A stretch of DNA of 63,963 bases, counting the filler. It is 7 parts of 7 records of this genome, joined end to end, with 100 filler letters (N's around TTAATTAATTAA, not from the genome) between each part and the next. Parts side by side here need not be neighbours in the genome. Positions count along the whole stretch, not along the records: positions 35,576 to 50,564 come from SRR20825010_1950; 6 more parts are not named here. One strand, given 5' to 3'. This document shows, piece by piece, positions 40,620-50,664 of the stretch. Both the position numbers and the translations under genes were made by a program. The stretch's first letter is position 1, and each line of letters begins with the position of its first letter. Under the pieces are notes generated by a model. The model did not search any database. It had not been told where the DNA came from and was given only the letters and a program-made list of their open reading frames with translations.

Positions 40620-42635
40620 ATGGACCTGATTTCAACGGCGTTGCCCGCTCTCGGGGACGCTTTTGCCTTGATTCTGCGCCCCGAGCAGATCGGTTACCTG
40701 ATCCTCGGTGTGGTCCTTGGCCTTTCGGTCGGCGTCTTTCCGGGACTCGGCGGCATTGCCGGGCTGTCCATGGTTTTGCCTTTCATCTTCGGCATGGACC
40801 CGGTTTCCGGGCTGGCCCTGATGGTCGGGCTGATCGCCGTTATCCCGACATCCGATACATTCGCCAGCGTGCTGATGGGAATACCCGGCTCTTCCGCCAG
40901 TCAGGCGACGGTGCTGGATGGTTTCCCCCTGGCGAAGAAAGGCGAAGCGGCGCGGGCTCTGTCGGCTGCCTTCGCCTCCTCCCTGTTCGGCGGGTTGCTC
41001 GGCGCCGCCGTGCTGACCGTCTTTATTCTGGTAGCCCGCCCCATCGTGCTCGCTTTCGGCCTGCCCGAAATGCTGATGATCACCGTGCTCGGCCTGTCGG
41101 TCGTGGCGACGCTTGCCGGACGTGTTCCGTTGAAAGGTATAGCTGCGGCGGGGCTCGGCCTGATGGTCGGCACCATCGGCGAAGCCGGTGCCGGCGGCAG
41201 CCTCAGGATGTCGACCTACGATGTGCCTTACCTGATCGACGGACTCAGCCTGGTCATCGTCGGTCTCGGCATTTTCGCCATTCCCGAAATCATCGGCCTG
41301 CTGCGGCATGACCGGCCGATCGCCGGATCGGACAGCCTCGGCGCCGGATGGGCCGCCGGTGTGCGCGACTGGTGGAAGAATATCTGGTTGTCGGTCCGCT
41401 GCTCCGTCATCGGCGTGATCGTCGGCGTCATTCCCGGGCTCGGCGGCTCCGTCGTCGACTGGATTGCCTACGGCCATACGGTGCAGTCCTCCAAGGACAA
41501 GTCCAAATTCGGCTCCGGCGATATCCGCGGCGTGATCGGCCCGGAATCCTCAAACAATGCCAAGGAAGGCGGCGGGCTGGTGCCGACCATCATCTTCGGC
41601 ATTCCCGGCAGCGGATCGATGGCGATCTTCCTTGGAGGTCTCGGCCTGCTCGGCTACGACGCCGGCCCGCAGCTCATTCAGAACAACCTCGACATCACCT
41701 ACACGATCATGTGGTCTCTCGCCCTGGCGAATGTCATCGGCGCCGGGCTCTGCATCATGCTGTCGGGCAGCATCGCCCGGCTGACCACGATCCGTTTCAC
41801 CCTGCTGGCGCCCTTCCTGTTCATGATGATCGCCTTCGCGGCCTTCCAGTCCCGTCAGGATCTGGGCGATCTCGTCAGCCTGTTTGCCGTCGGCCTGCTG
41901 GGCATCCTGCTGCGCCGTTTCGACTGGTCCCGCCCGGCCTTTCTGATCGGCTTCGTGCTGTCTCACCAGACCGAGAACTTCACCAACATGGCCAACCAGG
42001 TGGCCGGAGCGAAATTCCGGGTCGGGCTGGAACAGGGCCTCGAATATATCGCCTCACCGATCGTTCTGGTCATCCTCGCGCTCATTGTGGTTTCCGTGGT
42101 GATCGGCATTCGTCAGGCGAAACAGATTCTTCCCGAAGGCACCGTCAAGACGGGCACAAAACGGGCGCCGATGCTCTTCCTGCTGGCCGTGACCGTCTAC
42201 CTTGCCGTTGCCTGGCTCGATGCCCTCAGCATTCGTCTGGTCAGCGACAAGATCTTCCCGTTGACGATCTCGTCGATCACGTTGGTCTGCTGCCTGCTGC
42301 TGCTCATTCAGATGATGCGGGCACCGGAAACGGATGCTGTCTTTGCCGACCGGGAAGCGCCGGGAAATCACGACCATACGGGCGCCGGACTCTGGGGTAC
42401 GCTTGCCTGGTTCGGCGGGCTTCTGCTGCTGTCGAGCCTTCTCGGCTTCATTCTCGCACTGGCGATTTTCCTGGTCGCGTTCCTCTCCATCCGGGCACGC
42501 CTCAGATGGCCCCGCGTCCTTCTTCTGAGCGGAGCCGGCATTGCGCTGATCTGCGTCATGGCCTACTCGCTGAACCGGGATTTCCCGCCAGGCTTATTGC
42601 AGGACATGTTGCGCCTGCCATGGCCGCTGGGGTGA
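40620..42635 (+). CDS. TTT permease TctA with fused TctB-like C-terminus
   Basis: GVFPGLG, GIPG....ATVLDGFP, PESSNNAKEGG, GIPGS; extra C-terminal TM block. Confidence 0.88.
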   Translation: MDLISTALPALGDAFALILRPEQIGYLILGVVLGLSVGVFPGLGGIAGLSMVLPFIFGMDPVSGLALMVGLIAVIPTSDTFASVLMGIPGSSASQATVLDGFPLAKKGEAARALSAAFASSLFGGLLGAAVLTVFILVARPIVLAFGLPEMLMITVLGLSVVATLAGRVPLKGIAAAGLGLMVGTIGEAGAGGSLRMSTYDVPYLIDGLSLVIVGLGIFAIPEIIGLLRHDRPIAGSDSLGAGWAAGVRDWWKNIWLSVRCSVIGVIVGVIPGLGGSVVDWIAYGHTVQSSKDKSKFGSGDIRGVIGPESSNNAKEGGGLVPTIIFGIPGSGSMAIFLGGLGLLGYDAGPQLIQNNLDITYTIMWSLALANVIGAGLCIMLSGSIARLTTIRFTLLAPFLFMMIAFAAFQSRQDLGDLVSLFAVGLLGILLRRFDWSRPAFLIGFVLSHQTENFTNMANQVAGAKFRVGLEQGLEYIASPIVLVILALIVVSVVIGIRQAKQILPEGTVKTGTKRAPMLFLLAVTVYLAVAWLDALSIRLVSDKIFPLTISSITLVCCLLLLIQMMRAPETDAVFADREAPGNHDHTGAGLWGTLAWFGGLLLLSSLLGFILALAIFLVAFLSIRARLRWPRVLLLSGAGIALICVMAYSLNRDFPPGLLQDMLRLPWPLG

Positions 42636-42920
42636 TCGCCGCATGTATGCTTCAAGTATTTCATGCGCAGCCATATTCGATTTTTGAATGGGCCCGGCAC
42701 TGATTGAATTTTAGCCTGACACCGCTGGCTGGTAGCTTTCAGCCAGTGACAGACACCGGTGAAGTGGCTTCGAATGGCCGAAATTTGTTGGAGATTGGCC
42801 AGATTTTAATAACGAGCGGCCGAAAATTAGAATAATTATAGAAACGTGAGAAAAACCGCTCGGCCACCAATAAGCCGATCTCAATCCGGCCGTGTGCCGT
42901 AGCTCATCCGGGAGGTAACA

Positions 42921-43952
42921 ATGAAACTCAGACTTATTAGCACTGCCATTGCGGCAGCTGCGCTACTCTCCACGTCGATTGCCGCACAGGCCGCCGAAGT
43001 CACCCTGACCATGGCCCATTTCCTCAGCCCGAAGGCTCCGCCGCACGCCAAGTTCCTTGAGCCGTGGGCACGCAAGGTCGAAGCCGATTCCAACGGCCGC
43101 ATCAAGGTTGAGATCTTCCCGTCGATGACCCTCGGCGGCAAGCCTCCGGAACTCTACCGCCAGCTCCGGGACGGCGCGGCCGATATCGTCTGGACCCTGA
43201 CCGGCTATACCCCGGGCGTCTTCCCGCGCGTCGAAGTGTTCGAATTGCCGGGCGTTCATGGCGGCTCCGCCGAGGCGACGACCCTCGCCATCCAGGACAA
43301 TTTCGACAAGATCGCCGAGGACTTCAAGGACATCAAACCGCTGCTGCTGCATGTGAACGCAGGCAACGCCATCCATCTCGTCAATGGCTGCATCGACGGC
43401 GTTGCCGACCTGAAGGGCCTGAAGCTCCGCACCCCGTCCCGGACGGGTGGCTGGATGATTTCCGGCTGGGGCGCGGAGCCGGTCGGCATGCCTGTTCCCG
43501 CTCTGCCGCAGGCACTCTCCAAGGGTGTTGTCGATGGCGCCATGATCCCGTTCGAAATCGTTCCGCCTTTGAAAGTGCAGGAGCTGACGAAATGCTCCGT
43601 GACGGGTGTGAATGGCAGCCGCTTCGGCACGTCGGTCTTCATGTTCGCCATGAACAAGGCCCGCTATGACAGCCTGCCGGACGATCTGAAAGCCGTCATC
43701 GACGCCAATTCGGGCATGTCCATCGCCGGCAAGGCCGGCAAGCTGTGGGACGAGATCGAAGGCCCCGGCATCATGCTGCAGGAAAAATCCGGCTCGCCGG
43801 TCAAGGCGCTCGACCAGGCAGCCACGGACGCCTTTGCCGCGCTCGGCGAACAGGTGACGGCGAAGTGGATTGAGGAAGCCAACGGCAATGGCATCGACGG
43901 CGCAGCCCTCGCAGCGGCCGCGAAAGCTTCCGTCAAAGCCCACACGAAGTAA
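42921..43952 (+). CDS. TRAP substrate-binding protein (DctP family)
   Basis: Signal peptide, SNGRIKVEIFPSMTLGG, YTPGVFP, DLKGLKLR, ALSKGVVDG. Confidence 0.92.
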   Translation: MKLRLISTAIAAAALLSTSIAAQAAEVTLTMAHFLSPKAPPHAKFLEPWARKVEADSNGRIKVEIFPSMTLGGKPPELYRQLRDGAADIVWTLTGYTPGVFPRVEVFELPGVHGGSAEATTLAIQDNFDKIAEDFKDIKPLLLHVNAGNAIHLVNGCIDGVADLKGLKLRTPSRTGGWMISGWGAEPVGMPVPALPQALSKGVVDGAMIPFEIVPPLKVQELTKCSVTGVNGSRFGTSVFMFAMNKARYDSLPDDLKAVIDANSGMSIAGKAGKLWDEIEGPGIMLQEKSGSPVKALDQAATDAFAALGEQVTAKWIEEANGNGIDGAALAAAAKASVKAHTK

Positions 43953-43971
43953 CCTTCACACTTCAGTCCAA

Positions 43972-44001
43972 CCGGTGGAGCACCCTCGGGCGCTCCACCG
44001 G
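43972..44001 (+). terminator. Intercistronic hairpin after dctP
   Basis: CCGGTGGAGC/GCTCCACCGG stem. Confidence 0.55.
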
Positions 44002-44019
44002 CAATCGGGAGGTAACGCC

Positions 44020-44514
44020 GTGAAGCTGATTGAGCGGCTCGCGTCGCACTGGGCCCTGCTCGGGGGCATTGTCGTCTTTGCGATCATGATCGTCACATCG
44101 GTCAATGTCGGCGCCTTCGGCCTGGACCGGATCGCCCGCATGTACGGGACAAATATCTCCGCCCTGCCGGGATACGAGGACTTCGTGAAGCTCGCGATCT
44201 CCGGGGCGGCGCTGATGTTCTTTCCCTATTGCCAGCTGCAACGCGGCCATGTGGTCGTGGACCTCTTCGCCTCGTCCTTTCCGGCCGGGTTCGTCCGCTT
44301 TCTTGACCGGCTCTGGCTTGTCGCTATCGTCCTGCTGGCCCTCTTCCTGACCTACTGGATGATCCTCGGCATGGCCGAAACCCGGGATGACTCGGTCCTC
44401 TCTCCGGTCCTCGGCTGGCCCGAATGGCCCTTTTACCTGCCCGGCATCGCCTCACTCATACTCTGGGCATGCGTTGCAATCCTTCAGGCCGTCCGCGGAG
44501 ACTCCCATGTTTGA
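44020..44514 (+). CDS. TRAP small permease (DctQ family)
   Basis: GGAGG RBS with GTG start; four TM helices; GHVVVD motif. Confidence 0.88.
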   Translation: MKLIERLASHWALLGGIVVFAIMIVTSVNVGAFGLDRIARMYGTNISALPGYEDFVKLAISGAALMFFPYCQLQRGHVVVDLFASSFPAGFVRFLDRLWLVAIVLLALFLTYWMILGMAETRDDSVLSPVLGWPEWPFYLPGIASLILWACVAILQAVRGDSHV

Positions 44515-45904
44515 ACGCGAGATTATCGGCCTTATCGGTTTCGCCATCCTGTTCGGACTTCTCATCCTCAGGGTTCCCGTCGGGCTGTCCATGATCATGG
44601 TCGGCATCGGCGGCAATTTCGCGCTGTCGATCATCGCCCCCTACCTGCGGTTCGAGCCCTATCTCGCCCAGTTCAAGACATTACTCTGGGGCACCGTCGC
44701 CAATTACGAGCTTTCGGTCGTCCCGCTCTTCATCCTGATGGGCTATCTCGCCAGTCACTCGAAATTGAGCCGCGATCTGTTTCAGGGCTTCAACGCCATG
44801 GTCGGGCATTTTCGCGGCGGCGTCGCCATGGCGGCGATCGGTGCCTGCGCCGGGTTCGGCGCGGTTTGCGGCTCGTCCCTCGCCACCGCATCGACCATGG
44901 GAAGGGTTGCCCTGCCGGAACTCGAACGGCTGCATTACGCTCCGCGCCTTGCCACGGGAACACTGGCTGCCGGCGGAACGCTCGGCATCCTGATCCCGCC
45001 CTCGGTCGCCCTTGTGATCTATGCGATCATTGTCGAGGCCTCGATCATCCAGATGTTCCAGGCCGCGATTATTCCCGGCCTGCTGGCGGTGCTGTTCTTC
45101 GTTCTGGTGATCGCGGCGATGGTCCGCCTGAAGCCGGAACTGGCTCCCGAAGTCTCCGTCATGACACCGCCCGAGAAACGCCGCGCCCTGCTCCGGCTGA
45201 TCCCGGTCGTGGTGATCTTCGGCTCCATCATCCTTGGCCTCGGCATCGGCCTGTTCACACCGACGCCAGCAGCCGCCGTCGGCGCGATGGCGATCCTGCT
45301 GTACGGCATCCTGCTCCGCTTCAAGAGCCGGGATGCGGGTCTGTCCCTGTCAGGGATCAAATCCTCGATCCTCGACACCGCCGTCACCAGCGGCATGATC
45401 TATTTCATCCTGTTCGGCGCCGAGGTTCTGAAAGGCTTCTTCGCCCGGGCAGGACTGCCCGCCGCGATGGCGAGCTGGTCGACGGAGAGCGGCGTCGATC
45501 CCTGGTTGCTGATGATCCTGCTGCTGATGATGCTGATCGTGCTCGGCTGCTTCATGGACTCGCTGGCCATGATCCTGGTCGTGGTGCCGTTCTTCTGGCC
45601 CGCCCTGGTTGAAATCAATGGCGGCGACTATGCGACCGCCGCCACCGCCGCCTACGGGCTCGGCATCGAGGACCTGAAAATCTGGTTCGGAATCGTCGCC
45701 CTGGTCGTGGTCGAACTCGGCCTGATAACACCGCCCGTCGGCCTCAACGTCTTCATCATCGCCACCATGGCGCGCGGCATCAGGATGGGCGAGGTCTTCG
45801 CCGGGGTTATGCCGTTCTTCGGCGTCGAAATTATCCGGATCGCCATCCTTCTGCTGCTGCCCGGTCTCTGCCTGTTCCTGCCCCACCTTTTATCCGGAGG
45901 GTGA
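44507..45904 (+). CDS. TRAP large permease (DctM family)
   Basis: PLFILMG, GSSLATA, AAGGTLGILIPPS, WFGI, ELGLITPPVGLN. Confidence 0.93.
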   Translation: MFEREIIGLIGFAILFGLLILRVPVGLSMIMVGIGGNFALSIIAPYLRFEPYLAQFKTLLWGTVANYELSVVPLFILMGYLASHSKLSRDLFQGFNAMVGHFRGGVAMAAIGACAGFGAVCGSSLATASTMGRVALPELERLHYAPRLATGTLAAGGTLGILIPPSVALVIYAIIVEASIIQMFQAAIIPGLLAVLFFVLVIAAMVRLKPELAPEVSVMTPPEKRRALLRLIPVVVIFGSIILGLGIGLFTPTPAAAVGAMAILLYGILLRFKSRDAGLSLSGIKSSILDTAVTSGMIYFILFGAEVLKGFFARAGLPAAMASWSTESGVDPWLLMILLLMMLIVLGCFMDSLAMILVVVPFFWPALVEINGGDYATAATAAYGLGIEDLKIWFGIVALVVVELGLITPPVGLNVFIIATMARGIRMGEVFAGVMPFFGVEIIRIAILLLLPGLCLFLPHLLSGG

Positions 45905-45959
45905 TGTCCCAAAAGGAAGTCCAACAAAGAAAAAAATAAAAACCGAGGGAGGTTTCCAT

Positions 45960-47759
45960 ATGACGAGCGACAACCGCATGAACGGCGGACAGGTGATCAT
46001 TGATTATCTGATCCGCGAGAAAGTGCCGTATGTGTTCGGGCTCTGCGGCCACGGCAATATCGGCATCATCGACGCGATGTACGAACGGTCGGACGATATC
46101 AAAACCATCTCCGTGCATCACGAGAGCGTCTCGGGCTTCATAGCCGACGTCTATTACCGGGTCTCCGGGCAGCCGACCGCCACCTTTACGTCCTGCGGTC
46201 CCGGCTCGGCCAACATGCCGATCAGCCTCGGCAACGCCTTCCTCGATTCCGTTCCCTTCCTCGCCATCACGGGCAATGTGCCGACCGGACAGTTCGGGCG
46301 CGGCGCCTTCCAGGAACTCTACCGGCATTATCAGGCCGACTTCCCCTCCACCGTGCAGGCCTATTGCAAACGGGTTTATCAGCCGACCCGGGGCGAGCAG
46401 GTGCCGCTGATGGTGCGGCAGGCATGGAAGACCATGGTGACGGGCCGTCCAGGACCCGTGGTACTCGACGTGCCATTCGACATCTTCAAGGAAGCCTCCG
46501 CCGAGGAAACCCCGAACCCGGAGGAATGGACACGCAATATCTCGTCCCGCTGCGGAGCCGATCCGGATGGCGTGGTCCAGGCGGTCGACATGCTGCTCGG
46601 CGCGGAGAAGCCGGTCATCATCGTCGGTCAGGGCGTGCGCTATGGCGGCGCTTCGGAGCTGCTGGTCAGTCTGGCCGAACGATTGCAAATCCCTGTCGCC
46701 TCTTCCGCCAGCGGGCTCGGCGCAATGCCGGTCGAGCATCCGCTTTCCGTCGGTCTGGTGCAGCGCGGCGGGACCTATCAGGCGAACCATTCCTGCCGGC
46801 AGGCGGACGTGCTGCTGGCCCTTGGCGTGCGGTTCGACGACAGGACTTCCAGCTCCTGGCTGCCGGGTTACTCCTTCACCATCCCGCCGTCCCGGCTGAT
46901 CCATGTCGATATCGACCCCGAGGAGATCGGCCGGAACTATCCGGTTGCCCTCGGCCTGATGGCGGATGTGCGCACCTTCCTGCGTCAGGTGCATGAAGAG
47001 CTGGATCGGCGGGATCTGTCCTCCGGCCCGTCCAGTGCCAAGAAAAAATGGCTCTCCGACATCGACGGATATCGCCGGGAATGGGACGCCTTCGTCGCCC
47101 CCGGCATGACCGACGACAGCTCCCCGATCAATCCGCAACGCGCCGCCGTCGAGATCGACAAGGCGCTGCCGGAAGATGCCATCCTGGTCAGCGATATCGG
47201 TGTGCATCACAACTGGCTGCTGCAGTTCTGCAAGCCGACCCGGCCGGACTCGTTGATCGGCTCCATGGGCTTCGGGCCGATGGGCTTCGGCGTTGCCGGT
47301 GTGCTGGGGGCCAAGCTCGCGGCGCCGGACCGGCCCTGTGTCGCGGTCTGCGGCGACGGCGCCTTCTTCATGCATGCGAACGTGCTGGGAACGGCGGTCG
47401 AATACAATATTCCGGTCGTCTGGATCGTCTGGAACAACTACGCCTATGGCTCGATCCGGGGACTGCAGCGCGGCTATCTCGATGGCCGCGAGCTGGCGAC
47501 GGACTTCCATCATCCGGGAACAGGCCAGCCCTACAACCCGGACTTCGCCGCCATGGCCCGGTCCGCCGGTGTCGAGGGTGTCAGTATCGACAGGGTCGGC
47601 GATCTCGGCGACGCTATCCGGACCGCCATCGCCAGCAACCGGCCCTATCTGATCGACGTGAATATCAGCGGCGACCTGAACCCGCCCGGCGCCGGTGTCT
47701 GGGAAATCCCCGGCCTTGGCGTGAACAAGCCCGCTATCGGAGAGCGCTATGTCCCCTAG
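45960..47759 (+). CDS. ThDP-dependent enzyme (acetolactate synthase-like superfamily), substrate unknown
   Basis: FGLCGHGN, HHE, GPG, GRPGPV, G.MGFG, GDGAF...NN ThDP motif. Confidence 0.88.
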   Translation: MTSDNRMNGGQVIIDYLIREKVPYVFGLCGHGNIGIIDAMYERSDDIKTISVHHESVSGFIADVYYRVSGQPTATFTSCGPGSANMPISLGNAFLDSVPFLAITGNVPTGQFGRGAFQELYRHYQADFPSTVQAYCKRVYQPTRGEQVPLMVRQAWKTMVTGRPGPVVLDVPFDIFKEASAEETPNPEEWTRNISSRCGADPDGVVQAVDMLLGAEKPVIIVGQGVRYGGASELLVSLAERLQIPVASSASGLGAMPVEHPLSVGLVQRGGTYQANHSCRQADVLLALGVRFDDRTSSSWLPGYSFTIPPSRLIHVDIDPEEIGRNYPVALGLMADVRTFLRQVHEELDRRDLSSGPSSAKKKWLSDIDGYRREWDAFVAPGMTDDSSPINPQRAAVEIDKALPEDAILVSDIGVHHNWLLQFCKPTRPDSLIGSMGFGPMGFGVAGVLGAKLAAPDRPCVAVCGDGAFFMHANVLGTAVEYNIPVVWIVWNNYAYGSIRGLQRGYLDGRELATDFHHPGTGQPYNPDFAAMARSAGVEGVSIDRVGDLGDAIRTAIASNRPYLIDVNISGDLNPPGAGVWEIPGLGVNKPAIGERYVP

Positions 47760-47817
47760 CCGTTGATCCGGCAAACCTGTTCTGTCCAATAAAATCAAAA
47801 CATGAGGAAACGCAGCA

Positions 47818-49284
47818 ATGATCCCTGACAACTGGGACAAGGAGACCGACGTCGTCATCGTCGGATTTGGCGGCGCCGGTGTCGCGGCGGCGGTATCGGC
47901 TTACGATCTCGGCTCCAAGGTCATGATCCTGGAGAAGGCGCCGAAAGGCCTGCATGGCGGCAACACACGCGTGGCGGCACAAGGCTATCTCAATGTCTCG
48001 TCCAAGGACGACGCCATTGCCTATCTCACCGCGCTCTGCGGCCCCTACAAGGTGCCGGAAGAGATGATCCGCGTCTGGGCCGACGAAATGGCCGTCAATA
48101 ACGAGTGGCTGGCCGGGCTCGGCGGCGATCCGCAGGAACACCAGCATCCGCCGGCGGGCATCGAGTTTCCGGAACTGCCCGGCGCGCAAAGCTCCCACAA
48201 GTTCCATGACGGGCCGAAACTCGGCTATGGCCTCACCTGGGACCGGTTCGAGAGTTTCGTGCTCGAACGCGATATCCCGATCCTCTACGAAACACCGGGA
48301 CGTGAGCTGATCCAGCATCCGGAAACGAAGGAAATCCTCGGTATCCGCGCGGAGCAGGACGGCAAGAGCATCCTGATCAAGGCCCGCAAGGGCGTCGTGC
48401 TGACCTGCGGCGGGTTCGAAAACAACCAGGACCTGATCCGCACCTACCTGACGGGCGTGCCCTACTGCTATCCCTCCGGCTCGCCTTACAACGAAGGCGA
48501 CGGCATCCCGATGGCCCAGGCGGTCGGCGCGGATCTCTGGCACATGAACAATTTCGCCGGTCCCTCGATGGCGCTGAAGGTGCCGGAATTCCCGGCCACC
48601 CTGTCGATGCAGCCGTTGCATTTCTCCAAGGAATTCCCCGGCGGCATGATCGTCGTCGGACCGGACGGAAAACGCTTCGGGGACGAGAAGTTCAAGACCC
48701 GGCACGGCAAGGTCCCGGTGAACGGTGTCTGGAAGGCCCTGCAGGTGCCTTGCCCGATGTTCATGATCTTCGACCAGCCCCTGATGGCAGCGGGCCCGCT
48801 CTACAACAAGGAGCCGAACCGGGGATGGACGGCGATGATGGATCGCTACGACTGGAGCGCGGACAATTCCGCCGAGCTGGAAAAGGGCTGGATCCGGAAG
48901 GCAGAAACCGTCGCGGAACTTGCCGGGATCATCGGCGTCGATGCCGCCACACTGGAAGACACCATCGCCCGCTGGAACGCAGGGGCTGGCAATGGCGAAG
49001 ACCCGGAATATGGCCGCAAGCTGATGCTGTCGCCATTCTCTGAAGGTCCTTACTACGCCATCGAACTCTCCCCCTCGATGATCAACACCCAGGGCGGGCC
49101 TCGGCGGAACGAGCGGTCGGAGATCCTGCGCCCGAACGGCGAGAAGATTCCCCGCCTCTACAGCGCGGGCGAGCTCGGCTCGATCTACAGCTATCTCTAT
49201 CAGGGCACCGGCAATATCGGCGAATGCCTCGGCTTCGGCCGGATCGCCGGCCGCAATGTCGCCGAAGAGACGCCCTGGAGCTGA
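47818..49284 (+). CDS. FAD-dependent oxidoreductase (FAD_binding_2: KstD/TcuA/flavocytochrome-like)
   Basis: DVVIVGFGGAG, LEK...GGNT, GVVLTCGGF, GDGI.MAQAVGA, TQGG, IPRLYSAGE, FGRIAG. Confidence 0.87.
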   Translation: MIPDNWDKETDVVIVGFGGAGVAAAVSAYDLGSKVMILEKAPKGLHGGNTRVAAQGYLNVSSKDDAIAYLTALCGPYKVPEEMIRVWADEMAVNNEWLAGLGGDPQEHQHPPAGIEFPELPGAQSSHKFHDGPKLGYGLTWDRFESFVLERDIPILYETPGRELIQHPETKEILGIRAEQDGKSILIKARKGVVLTCGGFENNQDLIRTYLTGVPYCYPSGSPYNEGDGIPMAQAVGADLWHMNNFAGPSMALKVPEFPATLSMQPLHFSKEFPGGMIVVGPDGKRFGDEKFKTRHGKVPVNGVWKALQVPCPMFMIFDQPLMAAGPLYNKEPNRGWTAMMDRYDWSADNSAELEKGWIRKAETVAELAGIIGVDAATLEDTIARWNAGAGNGEDPEYGRKLMLSPFSEGPYYAIELSPSMINTQGGPRRNERSEILRPNGEKIPRLYSAGELGSIYSYLYQGTGNIGECLGFGRIAGRNVAEETPWS

Positions 49285-49307
49285 CAGCTCCACATCCGTC
49301 CAACAAC

Positions 49308-49336
49308 AGAGCGGAGGCACAAGGCCTCCGCTCTTT
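49308..49336 (+). terminator. Terminator between convergent genes
   Basis: AGAGCGGAGGC/GCCTCCGCTCT 11-bp stem ending in a short T run. Confidence 0.7.
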
Positions 49337-49372
49337 GATATCCGATCGCGCGGGTATCCGTGCCCTCCGCCC

Positions 49373-50563
49373 CTACTTTTCGGGGATCAGGCCTTTCGGC
49401 GCGAAGCGCATGACCAGCAACAGGATCGCGCCCATCAGCAGATAGCGCATATAGACGGACCCGGCGACGAGATGATCCGCCAGGGCCGACCCTTCCGGCA
49501 TCGGTGCGGTCACGACACTCATGACCCAGCTTCCAAGCGGCTCTGCCTGGATCCACAGGAACCAGATCACGAACCCACCCAGTATCGCGCCCCAGTTGTT
49601 GCCGGACCCGCCCAGGATCACCATCACCCAGATCAGGAAGGTGTAGCGCAGCGGAATGTAGCTGGTCGGCGTCAACTGGCCGTCGAGGGTCGCCAGCATG
49701 GCACCGGCAACACCGCACACGGCGCAGCCAAGCACAAAGACCTGCAGATGCCGGGCCTTCACATCCTTGCCCATGGCGGCGGCCGCGTCCCTATTGTCCC
49801 GGATCGCCCGCATCATCCGTCCCCAGGGCGACTGCAAGGCCCGCTCGGCCAGCCACATGATGATGGCCAGCACGGCAATGAAGAGCAGGGCGTAACAGAT
49901 CTTCACGAACACACCGGCGGCTTCCGACATGTCGCTCAACCCAAGCGAGGAGGCAAAGGAGATAAACCAGTCCGTCTCGACAAGGTCCACCTCGTAGGGG
50001 ACCGGACGCGGAATACCGGTCACGTTCTTCACCCCGCGCGAGAGCCATTCCTCGTACTTGATGACGGCGATGATGATCTCTGAAATGCCGAGCGTTGCGA
50101 TGGCCAGATAGTCGGCACGCAGGCCGAGGGAGATCTTGCCGATCAGCCAGCCCGCACCAGCCGCGACCAGCCCGCCGACGGGCCATGCCAGCAGGACCGG
50201 TAAGCCGAGGCCTCCCAGATAGCCGGTTAACGCCGGGTCGATGTCCTCAATCCGCTCCGTCGCCGGAATGAAGAAATGCGTTGTCAGGAAATAGCCGGGG
50301 ATCAGCAGCAGAACCACGACATAGGGGCGCAAGCCCGGCGGAACGGCGCGGCGGGCAAGCATAATGACGACGACGGTTCCCGCAAGCGACAGCAACGAGA
50401 GGAAAAGATCACCTCCCGCGACCTCCCAGGCCTCCTGCACCGGCGCCATGGAAACCAGTACGGCGGCCAGGGCACCAAGCGCCGTGAACCCCATGATCCC
50501 GACATTGAACAGGCCGGCATAACCCCATTGCATGTTCACGCCGAGCGCCATGATCGCCGAGAT
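49373..50563 (-). CDS. Liv-type ABC permease (LivM-like, 5' truncated)
   Basis: ALGVNMQWGYAGLFN, LRADYLAIATLG, SPWGRMMRAIRDN, ILGGSGNN. Confidence 0.9.
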   Translation of the reverse strand: MSAIMALGVNMQWGYAGLFNVGIMGFTALGALAAVLVSMAPVQEAWEVAGGDLFLSLLSLAGTVVVIMLARRAVPPGLRPYVVVLLLIPGYFLTTHFFIPATERIEDIDPALTGYLGGLGLPVLLAWPVGGLVAAGAGWLIGKISLGLRADYLAIATLGISEIIIAVIKYEEWLSRGVKNVTGIPRPVPYEVDLVETDWFISFASSLGLSDMSEAAGVFVKICYALLFIAVLAIIMWLAERALQSPWGRMMRAIRDNRDAAAAMGKDVKARHLQVFVLGCAVCGVAGAMLATLDGQLTPTSYIPLRYTFLIWVMVILGGSGNNWGAILGGFVIWFLWIQAEPLGSWVMSVVTAPMPEGSALADHLVAGSVYMRYLLMGAILLLVMRFAPKGLIPEK

Positions 50564-50564
50564 C

Positions 50565-50664
50565 NNNNNNNNNNNNNNNNNNNNNNNNNNNNNNNNNNNN
50601 NNNNNNNNTTAATTAATTAANNNNNNNNNNNNNNNNNNNNNNNNNNNNNNNNNNNNNNNNNNNN
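50565..50664. other. Artificial contig spacer
   Basis: N44-TTAATTAATTAA-N44. Confidence 0.98.

Noticed and set aside
45831-49320. 675-aa and 528-aa minus-strand ORFs
   Set aside because: Antisense shadows of the ThDP enzyme and flavoprotein, expected in high-GC coding DNA
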